A stretch of DNA of 64,000 nt from Thermodesulfobacteriota bacterium (GCA_965215275.1 OZ244044.1:1664001-1728000); one strand, 5' to 3'. Shown: positions 51,461 to 61,464, counted from the stretch's first letter. The notes: generated from the letters alone by a model not told the origin. Numbers and translations are program-made.

Positions 51461-52762
51461 TCAGAACATTTTTCCACGTTCATACCGTCTTGCCATTTTT
51501 ATTCTCTGCTCACAGACGTGGATCTTGCTGTGTATGTAGGCTTGCTCAAAGCTGTTTTCTGATATATCTGCCGCTTTCCTGAAGTGGTTTTCTGCCTTTT
51601 TGTATTTGTGCAGTTGCAGATTAAGGTCGCCAAGGGTCAGTGAAAGCAAGGCACTCTGTTCGATCTCATCCACGTTACAAATATTATTGATCGATCTCAA
51701 CCCCTCTTCGGGTCCGCGGAGTTTTGATACCGCAATAGCTCTCTCCAGTTCGATCGGGGTGCTGTGGTTGATCTCAAGATATCTGTCGTATAATGAAATT
51801 ATCTGTTTCCAGTCGGTCAGTTTATAGTCGGAACAGGTTGAATGTACGGCGGCTACTCCGGCTTTCAGATGGTAGATAGATACCTCTTTTCCGTCTGCCG
51901 ATGAGTAAAGGTGCTTTATCCCTTTTCTGATCATTTCCGGGTTCCATAACGATCTGTCCTGCTCTTTCAGGCTCAGGATATTTCCGTACCTGTCTTTCAT
52001 TGCACCTATCCTTGAGGCACACAGTAACATGTATGCAAGCAGTGCCCGGGATTTTGGACGGTTCGTTTTGGGGTGTGATGTAAGGAACTGTAAGAGATTA
52101 ACTGCAGTATAACAAAGCTGGGGGAGTATCTTTGATCTGTCCTTAGGGTGATTGAAACCCAGTTCGAAGATCGAGAAAAGCGATCCTAATATTCTGTTCA
52201 GCCCTTCATCTATCGTGTATTTCCCGGGTATGCTGAATGGAGCATTACTGGATATTATATGCGTTTTAGCCTTGTTGATATCGTTAAGGACGCTGGTTTC
52301 GTTCTTTGAAAGTGCTCTTGCTATATCGGATAAAGTATACCCTCCGAGTATTTTCAGTATCAGTGCCATCCTGGTATCTGAATCTGTGCTTTCATGACAG
52401 CAGAAAAACATCATTGCTACGTTGTTCGAGACCGCTTCGTCGCTGTCAGGGTAGTTCAGCTTTGATAAATGCCCGCTTTTTATAATTCCGGCAGAACTGC
52501 GATATTTGACTTTGGTACAGAAAAGGTCGCTGGAGTTATCAGTGATAAACCGCCAGACCATATCTTTTGCATCATATAGAGCGGTTTTATGGGACCAGCT
52601 GGACTTTGCCTGCCTGAAGGACCTTGCAACAAGGTCATCTATTACCATCAGGTTTTCAATACCAAGGCGTCTGGCCAGTGTAGAGGTGATCGTGCCGTAG
52701 TACCTTTTTGAAACCTGATCTATTTTTCTGTCTGCTTCAGGGGAGTTATTAATTAGCGTCAT
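51461..52762 (-). CDS. ECF sigma factor-like protein with long C-terminal TPR-type extension (ECF42-like)
   Basis: MMFFCCH, L.LK.LGG....IA.A, L.EQDRSLW, YHL.A..AA.H and TDW..I..LY motifs. Confidence 0.75.
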   Translation of the reverse strand: MTLINNSPEADRKIDQVSKRYYGTITSTLARRLGIENLMVIDDLVARSFRQAKSSWSHKTALYDAKDMVWRFITDNSSDLFCTKVKYRSSAGIIKSGHLSKLNYPDSDEAVSNNVAMMFFCCHESTDSDTRMALILKILGGYTLSDIARALSKNETSVLNDINKAKTHIISSNAPFSIPGKYTIDEGLNRILGSLFSIFELGFNHPKDRSKILPQLCYTAVNLLQFLTSHPKTNRPKSRALLAYMLLCASRIGAMKDRYGNILSLKEQDRSLWNPEMIRKGIKHLYSSADGKEVSIYHLKAGVAAVHSTCSDYKLTDWKQIISLYDRYLEINHSTPIELERAIAVSKLRGPEEGLRSINNICNVDEIEQSALLSLTLGDLNLQLHKYKKAENHFRKAADISENSFEQAYIHSKIHVCEQRIKMARRYERGKMF

Positions 52763-52886
52763 CGTTTAAAGCGGGGAATTGTAACACAAAATATCAAATG
52801 TCAAAATTTTCAGGATTTTATTTAAACTGGTCGTAACGACTGCGGACCGACCTGCAGGGATATTCAGCCCATTCAGGGTCCGCTTT

Positions 52887-53882
52887 TTATTTTGCTTCAA
52901 AGAAGCAGACGGCAAATCTCTTCATCCCGTCCGTCCAGTAATTCTTTAAAACGTAAAGATCTTCTATCAGCTTTTCAAATTCCTTTATTGAGAACTTATA
53001 AGAGTTCTCGGTGTGAATGGTTTCGCCCTTTTCAAATCTGATCGCCGTTCCGTTTACCCTTACGGTCTGGTCTTCAGTACTTCTTAAGTGCATTTCTATA
53101 CGTCCCTTGTCCTCGTTGTAAAAAGCTTTGTGCCGCCACTTGTTCAGATCGAAATCCGTGTTGAGAACGTCGTTCAGATTGTTCAGTATATTCAGGTTGA
53201 ACTCGGCGGTCAGTCCTTTTTTATCGTTGTAGGCTCTTTCGATCGTTGCCTTGTCCTTCTTCAGATCGATCCCGATCAGCAGGCCGCTTTTTCTGCCGCA
53301 GAGAGAAGCGATGTTCTTTAAAAACTCCACGCATTTTTCCGGAAGGAAGTTTCCGACCGTCGCTCCCGGATAATAACAGATCATATTATCGCAGTTCAGA
53401 CCGGTCTCGGGAATTGAAAATGGCTTTGTGTAATCGGCAGCTATCGGAACGACCTTCAGACCGTTGAACCTGCTGGACAGCTTTTTTGCTGTTTCGATCA
53501 GCAGACAGCTTGAAATATCAACCGGGATATACCCTGCCGGTCTTTTAAGATTTTCGAGTATGATACGGACCTTTTTGCTGCTTCCGCTTCCCGGTTCAAG
53601 TATAACGGCGTTTTCACCAATGCACTGAACGATCTTCTCCACGTTGTCGTTAAGGATGGAAGTTTCGGTTCTGGTCAAGTAGTACTCTTCTGACCTTGAT
53701 ATTTCTTCGAACAGCTTAGAACCCTGGTCGTTATAGAACAGTTTGCACGGAAGTTCCTTCTGCTCTTTTGTCAGGGAGTTCAGTACTTCCCTGGATATTT
53801 CATCTTTATATCTGTTCTGCGTTTGCTGGGTATCGGGGTTCATACTTAAGTGGTCTGATCTTCCTGAAGGACTATACTGCAT
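52887..53882 (-). CDS. egtD: L-histidine N-alpha-methyltransferase
   Basis: EYYLTRTE, E.GSGS..K, G.T.GN, AYND..G.TA.FN.N and IHTENSYK motifs. Confidence 0.93.
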   Translation of the reverse strand: MQYSPSGRSDHLSMNPDTQQTQNRYKDEISREVLNSLTKEQKELPCKLFYNDQGSKLFEEISRSEEYYLTRTETSILNDNVEKIVQCIGENAVILEPGSGSSKKVRIILENLKRPAGYIPVDISSCLLIETAKKLSSRFNGLKVVPIAADYTKPFSIPETGLNCDNMICYYPGATVGNFLPEKCVEFLKNIASLCGRKSGLLIGIDLKKDKATIERAYNDKKGLTAEFNLNILNNLNDVLNTDFDLNKWRHKAFYNEDKGRIEMHLRSTEDQTVRVNGTAIRFEKGETIHTENSYKFSIKEFEKLIEDLYVLKNYWTDGMKRFAVCFFEAK

Positions 53883-55161
53883 CTTTAGCTAACCTTATTC
53901 CCGTAAACTGCCATCGGGAATCCGGAGGAAAGAAGTTCCTGTAACAGCTTCTTACGTGAGACCTTGACGTGGCACAGGAACCACCTCTGAGAACCATCTG
54001 ATTACACATGAATTTACCGTTGTATTCTCCCAGTGCCCCAGGGGGAGTTCTGTAACCGGGGTATGGAGAGTACGGACTTCTTGTCCACTCCCATAAGTCG
54101 CCGTACATCTGTCCCGGTTTTCCGTTGCTGCTTATCAGTGGTACGGGATGGAAGTTCTTATCGTCCACGAAATTCCCTTTTATTTTCACACCTTCTGAGG
54201 CCACTTCCCATTCAAACTCGCTGGGAAGTCTTGCTCCTGCCCATCTTGAATAAGCCTCGGCTTCGTAAAAGCTTACATGGCACACTGGTTCAGCCGGGTT
54301 GACCTCGGTAAATCCATGAAGCGTAAAACTGTACCATTTTCCATCTGCTTTTTCCCAGTAAAGAGGTGCACTCCATCCGTTCGTCTGAACGGCGTTCCAT
54401 CCATCCGAGAGCCACAGCTCAGGCTTTAGGTACGCCCCGTCGTCCATGAACTCCATATACTCGGCGTTGGTGACCAGTCTGGAGGACAGGGAAAAGGGTT
54501 CGATGTAAGTCTTATGTCTTGGGAATTCGTTGTCATAGCCAAAATCCCGTCCGTCGTTGCCGATCTCGTGAACTCCGCCGTCAAAGTCCGTCCAGAACTG
54601 CTCGATATCAGCTTTGTTCCCGGTTTTGTTTCTGGGTTTTTTCCTGGACCTTCTGTAAACCGGACGAAGTGGATTTTGTGAGAACACGTGCTTAATGTCG
54701 GTGAGGATCAGTTCCTGGTGCTGCTGCTCATGATTTATACCTATATGGATCACAGGTGCTGTCTCCGAGAATTTTTCACTTTTTATATTTTTGAAAAGAG
54801 ACCTCATTGAGTCATCAACGTACGATCTGTAGCTGTAGACCTCTTCGACCGTGGGTCTTGAGATCAGCCCTCTTTTCGGTCGGCAGTGCCTTTGTCCGGC
54901 TTGAACGTAGTACGAGTTGAACAGAAAACTGTACTGCGGATGAAACGGTCTGTACCGCGGATATATCTTTGACAGAACGAATTCCTCAAAGAACCAGCTT
55001 GTATGAGCGAGGTGCCATTTGGTAGGACTGACGTCCGGCATGGACTGGACAACGTAGTCTTCAGTTGAAAGCGGTGAAGCCAGTTCACGGGAAAGTTCCC
55101 TTACTTTCTTATATGCTTCTGAAAGCTTCTTTCTGACGGTTTTACTTTCTTTTTTTGTCAT
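53872..55161 (-). CDS. egtB: Ergothioneine biosynthesis sulfoxide synthase
   Basis: QSMPDVSP.KWHLAHTSWFFE, HEQQHQEL and an FGE-sulfatase-like C-terminus. Confidence 0.95.
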   Translation of the reverse strand: MTKKESKTVRKKLSEAYKKVRELSRELASPLSTEDYVVQSMPDVSPTKWHLAHTSWFFEEFVLSKIYPRYRPFHPQYSFLFNSYYVQAGQRHCRPKRGLISRPTVEEVYSYRSYVDDSMRSLFKNIKSEKFSETAPVIHIGINHEQQHQELILTDIKHVFSQNPLRPVYRRSRKKPRNKTGNKADIEQFWTDFDGGVHEIGNDGRDFGYDNEFPRHKTYIEPFSLSSRLVTNAEYMEFMDDGAYLKPELWLSDGWNAVQTNGWSAPLYWEKADGKWYSFTLHGFTEVNPAEPVCHVSFYEAEAYSRWAGARLPSEFEWEVASEGVKIKGNFVDDKNFHPVPLISSNGKPGQMYGDLWEWTRSPYSPYPGYRTPPGALGEYNGKFMCNQMVLRGGSCATSRSHVRSCYRNFFPPDSRWQFTGIRLAKDAV

Positions 55162-55181
55162 GATCCTTTCTCGGCAGCAAA

Positions 55182-56753
55182 TTATATATCAGAAGGTTCA
55201 GGAGATACGATCCTGTCAAATATGTTCCTGCCTTTACTTACGGACGTGCCGGGTTCCAGCCAGTCTTCCAGAAGTCCCCACTTCTTGGCATCGTTGTAAT
55301 TTATCAAGCCCGTAAGGTTTTCGTCAAAATTGAATTTATTCCAGATCTCTTTTGAAGTTTCAGGCATGAAAGGCATGATCAGGACGTTGATGATCCTGAT
55401 GCTTTCTGCCATTACCCAGAGCGTTGTTGCCACGTCCTCTTTTCGTTCCGCTTCCTTTACGAGCACCCAGGGTTTTGCCTCATCAACGTACCTGTTGAGT
55501 TCCGCGATAAACTCCCAAACCGCTGTAAGTGCTTTGCTGTATTCAACGTTGTTCATATCGGTTTCTACTTTTTTTGCCGTTTCGGTCGCCAGTTCCGCTG
55601 TTTTTTTATCCTGGCCCGTCAGCTTACGGCCCTCCGGTACCTTTCCGTCAAAATACTTCTCGATCATTCCGAACGTTCTGCTCACCAGATTGCCAAGACC
55701 ATTGGCCAGGTCGCCGTTTATTCTGCCTATCAGTGAGGCCTTTGAGTAATCTCCATCTTCTCCAAAAGGGATCTCTCTTAAAAGAAAATACCTGAATATA
55801 TCCACGCCGAACTCATCCACTACCTTATAGGGGTCCACCACGTTCCCCAGGGATTTGGACATTTTTTCTCCTTCGACCGTCCACCATCCGTGTGCAAAAA
55901 TGGACCCTGGAACCGGCAGACCCGCGGACATTAAAAAAGCCGGCCAGTACACGGCGTGAAATCTCAGTATATCCTTTCCTACGATGTGCAGGTCAGCCGG
56001 CCATAAGGATTTAAATCTGTTCTGGTCCGCCGAGTAGCCACACGCGGTCAGATAATTCGTCAGGGCGTCAAACCACACGTAAAGCACGTGCTCTTTTTTT
56101 TCAGGAACGGGTATTCCCCAGGAGAAGGTCGTGCGGCTTATACTGAGGTCCTTTAAACCACCCTCCACGAAACTGATCACTTCGTTCCTCCTGCTGACAG
56201 GTCTGATAAAATCAGGGTTTGACCTGTACAGTTCCAGCAGTGGTTCCTGATACTTTGAAAGTCTGAAGAAATAACTGTCCTCTTTGATCTTATCTATCCT
56301 GGGTCTTTTCTCCGGAGGCAGTTTGTTTATCTCGTCAAGCTGGGTCTGCGTGATAAAGGCCTCTTCGCTTACGTTGTACCATCCTTCGTATTTCCCCAGA
56401 TATATATCTCCCTGTTCCTGTATCTTTTTAAAAAGTTCGTGTACGGCCTTTCTGTGTCTTTTCTCCGTGGTTCTTATAAAATCTGAATTTGTAATGTCCA
56501 GAATGTTCCATAAGTTCTGAAAACGCTTTACGACCCTGTTGGCAAGTTCGATCGGCTCTTCACCGTTTGATGCTGCCGCGCTTTCGATCTTCTGTCCGTG
56601 CTCGTCAGTTCCGGTCAAAAAGAACACCTCTTTTCCCTGAAGACGCCTGAACCTTGCAACTACGTCGGCTGCAATGGTGGTATAAGCGTGACCGATGTGA
56701 GGAACGTCGTTAACGTAGTATATAGGGGTTGTTACGTAGAAGGTATCTTTCAT
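55182..56753 (-). CDS. metG: Methionine--tRNA ligase (short form; start re-called at 56753)
   Basis: TTPIYYVN..PHIGH, TGTDEHG, YVWFDAL and KMSKS motifs. Confidence 0.96.
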   Translation of the reverse strand: MKDTFYVTTPIYYVNDVPHIGHAYTTIAADVVARFRRLQGKEVFFLTGTDEHGQKIESAAASNGEEPIELANRVVKRFQNLWNILDITNSDFIRTTEKRHRKAVHELFKKIQEQGDIYLGKYEGWYNVSEEAFITQTQLDEINKLPPEKRPRIDKIKEDSYFFRLSKYQEPLLELYRSNPDFIRPVSRRNEVISFVEGGLKDLSISRTTFSWGIPVPEKKEHVLYVWFDALTNYLTACGYSADQNRFKSLWPADLHIVGKDILRFHAVYWPAFLMSAGLPVPGSIFAHGWWTVEGEKMSKSLGNVVDPYKVVDEFGVDIFRYFLLREIPFGEDGDYSKASLIGRINGDLANGLGNLVSRTFGMIEKYFDGKVPEGRKLTGQDKKTAELATETAKKVETDMNNVEYSKALTAVWEFIAELNRYVDEAKPWVLVKEAERKEDVATTLWVMAESIRIINVLIMPFMPETSKEIWNKFNFDENLTGLINYNDAKKWGLLEDWLEPGTSVSKGRNIFDRIVSPEPSDI

Positions 56754-56844
56754 GTCGTTTACAGCCGTAGTGATACTGGACCAGAAAACTACCCAAAACA
56801 CACAAAATTACAACGACCCGTCGAGCAAGCGGCGGGACGGACCT

Positions 56845-57474
56845 TCATATAATAACGATCAGCGCAGTTGCCGCCATGCCGAAGTCCTCTATAAGCGTTA
56901 CGTAGGTCAGAGGCACTTTAAGGAACGTGCCAAGGCATACACACGTGAACGGTTCTTTTTTTAAGACCTTTACAGCAACGCCGATACCACTGAAGGTCAT
57001 AAGGGCAAACTCTGTCCACAGCAGCCAGTCGGGATGAAAACCGGCAAGCATGATGAACCCGAAAGCCGTTTCAATAAAAGGGTATATGTAGCCATATCCG
57101 TGCCACCGCGCGGCAAGCAGGTCATAGTCTGAATACCCGTCAGCAAAACCTTTCAGCTCTAACAGCTTAAAACCTCCGAAGACAAGAAAAAATCCCGTCA
57201 TGAAACGCAACAGGAACGCTTTATAGTGAGTTCCTTCAAAGCTGTCCCCGGTGCCCGTAACGGCGGCAGCTATGACCAGAAGGACAAGAATAACGAGCAG
57301 CGGTATATAGCTTTGCCATCCGGCGTCAGGACCTGTGCCGCCCGTAAAGTGATGTCCGCTTTTATACCGTTCTCCTTCCCTTACCAGTGCCATCCCGCAT
57401 ACGCTGCATTTATCCTCCCTGTCGGACGTGATCTCGGGATGCATGGGGCATACGTATGTCTGGTCAGTGGTCAT
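56845..57474 (-). CDS. Heavy-metal-binding-domain plus MauE/DoxX-like membrane protein
   Basis: YVCPMHPE....C..CGM.L, then F..YD.LA, YPF.E and C.CLG....P...VT..ED. Confidence 0.8.
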   Translation of the reverse strand: MTTDQTYVCPMHPEITSDREDKCSVCGMALVREGERYKSGHHFTGGTGPDAGWQSYIPLLVILVLLVIAAAVTGTGDSFEGTHYKAFLLRFMTGFFLVFGGFKLLELKGFADGYSDYDLLAARWHGYGYIYPFIETAFGFIMLAGFHPDWLLWTEFALMTFSGIGVAVKVLKKEPFTCVCLGTFLKVPLTYVTLIEDFGMAATALIVII

Positions 57475-58499
57475 CTGGACAACTTCAGCAGCAGGTCCTC
57501 GTAAGCGATGATTTTATTGGCATTGAGGCGGTAAAGTCCGTACCAGCTGTCTTCAAGCTGGCTTGTCTTTGTCAGCAGGTCTTCGACAGATCTGCCTTTA
57601 ACGTATTCCGAAAGTTCGGGATAAAGGTCCGAGTTGACTATCTGCTCCCTGTCGTAGTTCAGCTTTACGAGCAGAAGGTCCCTGAGCCATAAGGATATTA
57701 TATCGAACAGGTCCCTGTGTTTAGTGGTATCAGCGTCTTTTGCACCTACCTTCATATATTCGCACAGCCTGGAGATCTTTGATGGCCTGCGGTAATTTAT
57801 CTCCATGAGACGTTTTATTATCTCTTTTCTGAAGTCCAGGTAGTCTTTGTCAGTACTTACCGCCTTTCCGATGCTCCCGCCGGCTATCTTTGATGCGATC
57901 TTGATGTACTGCTCGTCAAGAACTGCCATCTCCCTGAGCTTGTTTACGACCGTGTCGTAAGGCAGTGGGTGGAAGTTTATTAACTGACATCTTGATCTTA
58001 TCGTTGGCACGATAAAGTTTAAAGAGCTTGTTATAAGGATAATAATGCAGAATTCAGGAGGTTCCTCCAGTGTTTTTAAAAATGCGTTCTGAGCGCTGCG
58101 GTTCATTCTTTCCGCGTTATCGACAATAAAGACCTTGTAACGGGATTCAAATGGATGAAAGTAGATCTTTTTCTCAATGTCCTCCTTTATACTTCCCACC
58201 TTGATTTCTTTCTCGTTCTCATATGATAACAGCGTTACATCGGGATGAACGTTCGTGTCGATCTTAAGACACGATTGACACTTGCAGCAGACCTCTTTAT
58301 CGCCTGGGTCCTGAGATGAGGATGAACGGGCGTCCTTACTTATGCAGTTCACCAGCTTTGAGAACTCCAGAGCGAACAGCTTTTTACCGATACGGTCAAT
58401 ACCTGAAAAGATGTAGGCATGACCGATCCTGTTCTTTCTCACGGCGTTCAGTAAAAATTTCTTCTGAGGTTCGTTACCCAGCAATTTTTCAAAGTACAT
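57471..58499 (-). CDS. holB: DNA polymerase III subunit delta'
   Basis: HAYIF.G, C..C..C...HPD, NAFLKTLEEPP and TIRSRC motifs. Confidence 0.93.
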   Translation of the reverse strand: MYFEKLLGNEPQKKFLLNAVRKNRIGHAYIFSGIDRIGKKLFALEFSKLVNCISKDARSSSSQDPGDKEVCCKCQSCLKIDTNVHPDVTLLSYENEKEIKVGSIKEDIEKKIYFHPFESRYKVFIVDNAERMNRSAQNAFLKTLEEPPEFCIIILITSSLNFIVPTIRSRCQLINFHPLPYDTVVNKLREMAVLDEQYIKIASKIAGGSIGKAVSTDKDYLDFRKEIIKRLMEINYRRPSKISRLCEYMKVGAKDADTTKHRDLFDIISLWLRDLLLVKLNYDREQIVNSDLYPELSEYVKGRSVEDLLTKTSQLEDSWYGLYRLNANKIIAYEDLLLKLSR

Positions 58500-58510
58500 G
58501 GCCTGTTATA

Positions 58511-59218
58511 TCAAAAGGACGGATTTTCAACTGCCGACGTCTGCACAACTTTATCGATCACGTCCCTTATCTGTTTATGAAGGATTTCCCTGTCAAGCGA
58601 GGCATCTAGGACTTTAATCCTTTCAGTATCTGAGCGGGCTTCTGATATATATCCCTGCCGGATAGATTCATGGAACTCGGCCGATTCATCATCGAGCCGG
58701 TTCGTTTCACCTTCCCTTACCTGTAATCGCCTGAGCCCTTCTTTTACGGGCAGGTCCATAAGGAAGGTCACGTCCGGTTTAACGTCCAGGGTCGAATCTG
58801 ACGCGAGTTTCCTTATCGTGTCAAGGTCCAGTTTTCTGCCGTACCCCTGATACGCTATCGTGGAGTCAAAATATCTGTCGCAGATTATATCTTCCTTATT
58901 GTCCAGTTTTGGCTTTATGAAGTTCTGCACGTGCTGAACCCTGTCGGCACAGAAAAGGTAAAGCTCCGTGTATGGATTTACCAGAACGTCCTCCTTGTTC
59001 AGTGAAGCTATACCGTTGAACTGTTTAAGTTCACCGGGTGAGCGTGTAAGTCCGTCATCTGGTTCAACTATCAGATGTCTGATCAGACTGCCCACCGCGC
59101 CCCATCCTGGTTCTCGCGTCAGCGAGACCATGCGGCCTTTTTTCTCCAGGTATTCCTTGATCAGTCTGGCCTGCGTTGATTTGCCGCTTCCTTCAATGCC
59201 TTCAAAAGTTATGAACAA
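58511..59218 (-). CDS. tmk: dTMP kinase
   Basis: FITFEGIEGSGKST, REPG and CDRY.DST.AYQG motifs. Confidence 0.95.
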   Translation of the reverse strand: MFITFEGIEGSGKSTQARLIKEYLEKKGRMVSLTREPGWGAVGSLIRHLIVEPDDGLTRSPGELKQFNGIASLNKEDVLVNPYTELYLFCADRVQHVQNFIKPKLDNKEDIICDRYFDSTIAYQGYGRKLDLDTIRKLASDSTLDVKPDVTFLMDLPVKEGLRRLQVREGETNRLDDESAEFHESIRQGYISEARSDTERIKVLDASLDREILHKQIRDVIDKVVQTSAVENPSF

Positions 59219-59234
59219 TTTTTCCCTTTAAACG

Positions 59235-59981
59235 TTAGTTAATTTTGCCGTCAGAACCGGCAATACCCGTTTTACTCTTCAGCAGTTCAAGTTCATGATG
59301 GGTCAGATCTCTCCAGCTTCCACGTGCAAGACCGCCGAGCTTCAGGTTTCCGACCTGCACTCTTTTTAACCTTTCAACTTTCAGTCCGAAGTAACGTAAA
59401 TAGTTTTTCACCAGGTGCTTTCTTCCTTCGTGGAACGTTATTGTAAGCAGGAGTTTTCCGTTCCTTAGGCGTCTGACCTTCAGGGAATCGGGTTTTATGA
59501 ACCTTGCGTCCATGAACGCTCCATCCTCGACTTTTTTTATTGTTGTATCCTGTATTAATTCCCTGATGATCACCTGGTATGTCTTTTTAACGCCGTACCT
59601 TGGATGATGTATTCTGTTTGCAAGTTCCCCGTCGTTGGTCAGAAAGACAAGACCTTCAGAATCATAGTCCAGTCTGCCTGCCGGATATACTCTTTCCCGT
59701 ATATCCCTGATCAGGTCGGCTACCGTCGGTTTGCCGTCCTCGTTATTTATCAGCGTCGTGAGATACAGTCTCGGTTTATTCAGTATAATATATCTTTTCT
59801 TCTCCTGCCTTGCTTTCCTGTTGTTAACCAGTATCAGGTCCATGCCCGGATCTATGGACCTGCCCGGTTTTTTTACGATGTCGTCATTAACCCTGATCTT
59901 TCCACTGATTATAAGCTGATCGGCTTTTCTTCGGGAAGCTATCCCGCATTGCGATAAGTATTTATTTAACCTGACTTTCAT
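59235..59981 (-). CDS. rluB: RsuA/RluB-family rRNA pseudouridine synthase
   Basis: S4 domain RLNKYL...SRR.AD, then LNKP, GRLDYDSEGL..LTNDG and EGR. Confidence 0.85.
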   Translation of the reverse strand: MKVRLNKYLSQCGIASRRKADQLIISGKIRVNDDIVKKPGRSIDPGMDLILVNNRKARQEKKRYIILNKPRLYLTTLINNEDGKPTVADLIRDIRERVYPAGRLDYDSEGLVFLTNDGELANRIHHPRYGVKKTYQVIIRELIQDTTIKKVEDGAFMDARFIKPDSLKVRRLRNGKLLLTITFHEGRKHLVKNYLRYFGLKVERLKRVQVGNLKLGGLARGSWRDLTHHELELLKSKTGIAGSDGKIN

Positions 59982-60034
59982 AATTTATTAAATCCTTAAA
60001 GCAAAAAATTCAAGAATACTGTACAATTCTATAT

Positions 60035-61337
60035 GGGAACTATATACTTAAGTATCCAGTGGATACTAAAAGTTCTCTTTGACGAGTCATAGACCAGTTC
60101 CTGTCCCCAACCCCTCTGCAGTCTCCCCGTCCAATCACCCCTTTCCCTGAGGCTATAATTTGTTTTATTCCAGTTTCCAACTGGTTAAATGCAGCATTTA
60201 AGTCAGCATTAACTTCATAACCGCAAGATATACACTTAAATCTGGATTGCGATATTCTGTTGTCAGGAGATCTGTGTCCGCATTCAGAACAGGTTTGACT
60301 GGTATATGGAGCTGGAACTTCTTCAGTAGCATTACATTTATAATCCAGCATCCTTTTCATATCAAACCAGCCAGTAGCACGAATGTTCCTGTTCATCTTG
60401 CGAAAGTTCTTCCATTTCTTTCTGGCTGTCATCCCTTGTGTATTAAGTCTCTCAAGTATAGGAACATCATAAAGATCGGAGATCTTTCTTGTAACCTGAT
60501 GTCTCCAGTCCTTCTGTCTGTTTGCCAGCTTCCTGTGAAGTTTCTGCAACCTTTCCTTAGTAATTCTCCACCTGTTACTTCCCTCTTCCTGACGTGCAAG
60601 TTTCTTTTGGTATCTGCGTATCTTTGCTTCTGTAAGTTCATCATCAGATAACTTAAAAACCTGTCCGTCAGACAGCGTAACCTGTCTTGAATTCCTGTCC
60701 ATTGCTACAACTCTTACTTCTTTCTTTTCCTCTTTAGTTTCATCTATCTCATAGTTAAGGTACGCATACCACTTACCGCATTCCTTCTTGATCCTGCCAG
60801 AAAGGAACTTTCCATCAGGATAAGGATTCTTACCTGCCAACCTGAACCATCCAACCTGAACCATCCAACCTTTAAAATACGGACCCAGTTATTGTCTGAC
60901 AGTTTAGCTGACTGATAATTTACCGGAAACGAAGGAGTAGTTTTTAATTTACTCTTGAATTTAGGTTGTCCCGATTTTCCATTCCTGTATCTCTTACAGG
61001 CATTTGTAAGGTCCAGTAAATAATGCTGAAGTATGTAAGCAGATGCTTCTTTCAGAAAGTAGTTCTTTTCTTCTTTCTTAAACTCTCTTAAAAAATTCCC
61101 TAAACTCTCATGACTATAACCATCATTAAAATCGTTATCCCTTAAAATCCCTGTAAAGTGATTCCATACAAACCTGCAACAGCCAGCAGTAGAGGAAAGT
61201 TTATGAAACTTCTCCCTGTTGTTTGATCTCAACCTCTGCCTTACCGTTCTTATTGTCTTACCTTCTTTCATATTTGTAATTTTATCTTATTCCCTTGCTT
61301 TTTTTAAGTAGTTTGGATACTTAAGTATATAGTTCCC
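60035..61337 (-). mobile_element. TIR-bounded, non-autonomous tnpB element 2 (1303 bp) with 8-bp TSD
   Basis: Perfect 24-bp IR GGGAACTATATACTTAAGTATCCA (60035-58 and 61314-37). The direct repeat TTCTATAT flanks it at 60027-34 and 61338-45. Confidence 0.93.
60040..61271 (-). pseudogene. tnpB: TnpB split by a 14-bp tandem duplication (405 aa if repaired)
   Basis: The N-half has CRFVWN and PKFKSK; the C-half has AMDRN, LERL, TSQTCSECG and NADLNAA. CCAACCTGAACCAT is repeated at 60837-50 and 60851-64. Confidence 0.9.
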
Positions 61338-61464
61338 TTCTATATTATATCACTCTGACTTGACAACCAGCGTTGAAATATGACAAGATAGTTTGAAAAA
61401 GTCAGGTTCTGTATTCTTACGGTCTGGCTGTGATAAGTTACGGATAAGGTGCTTGGTATTTACA

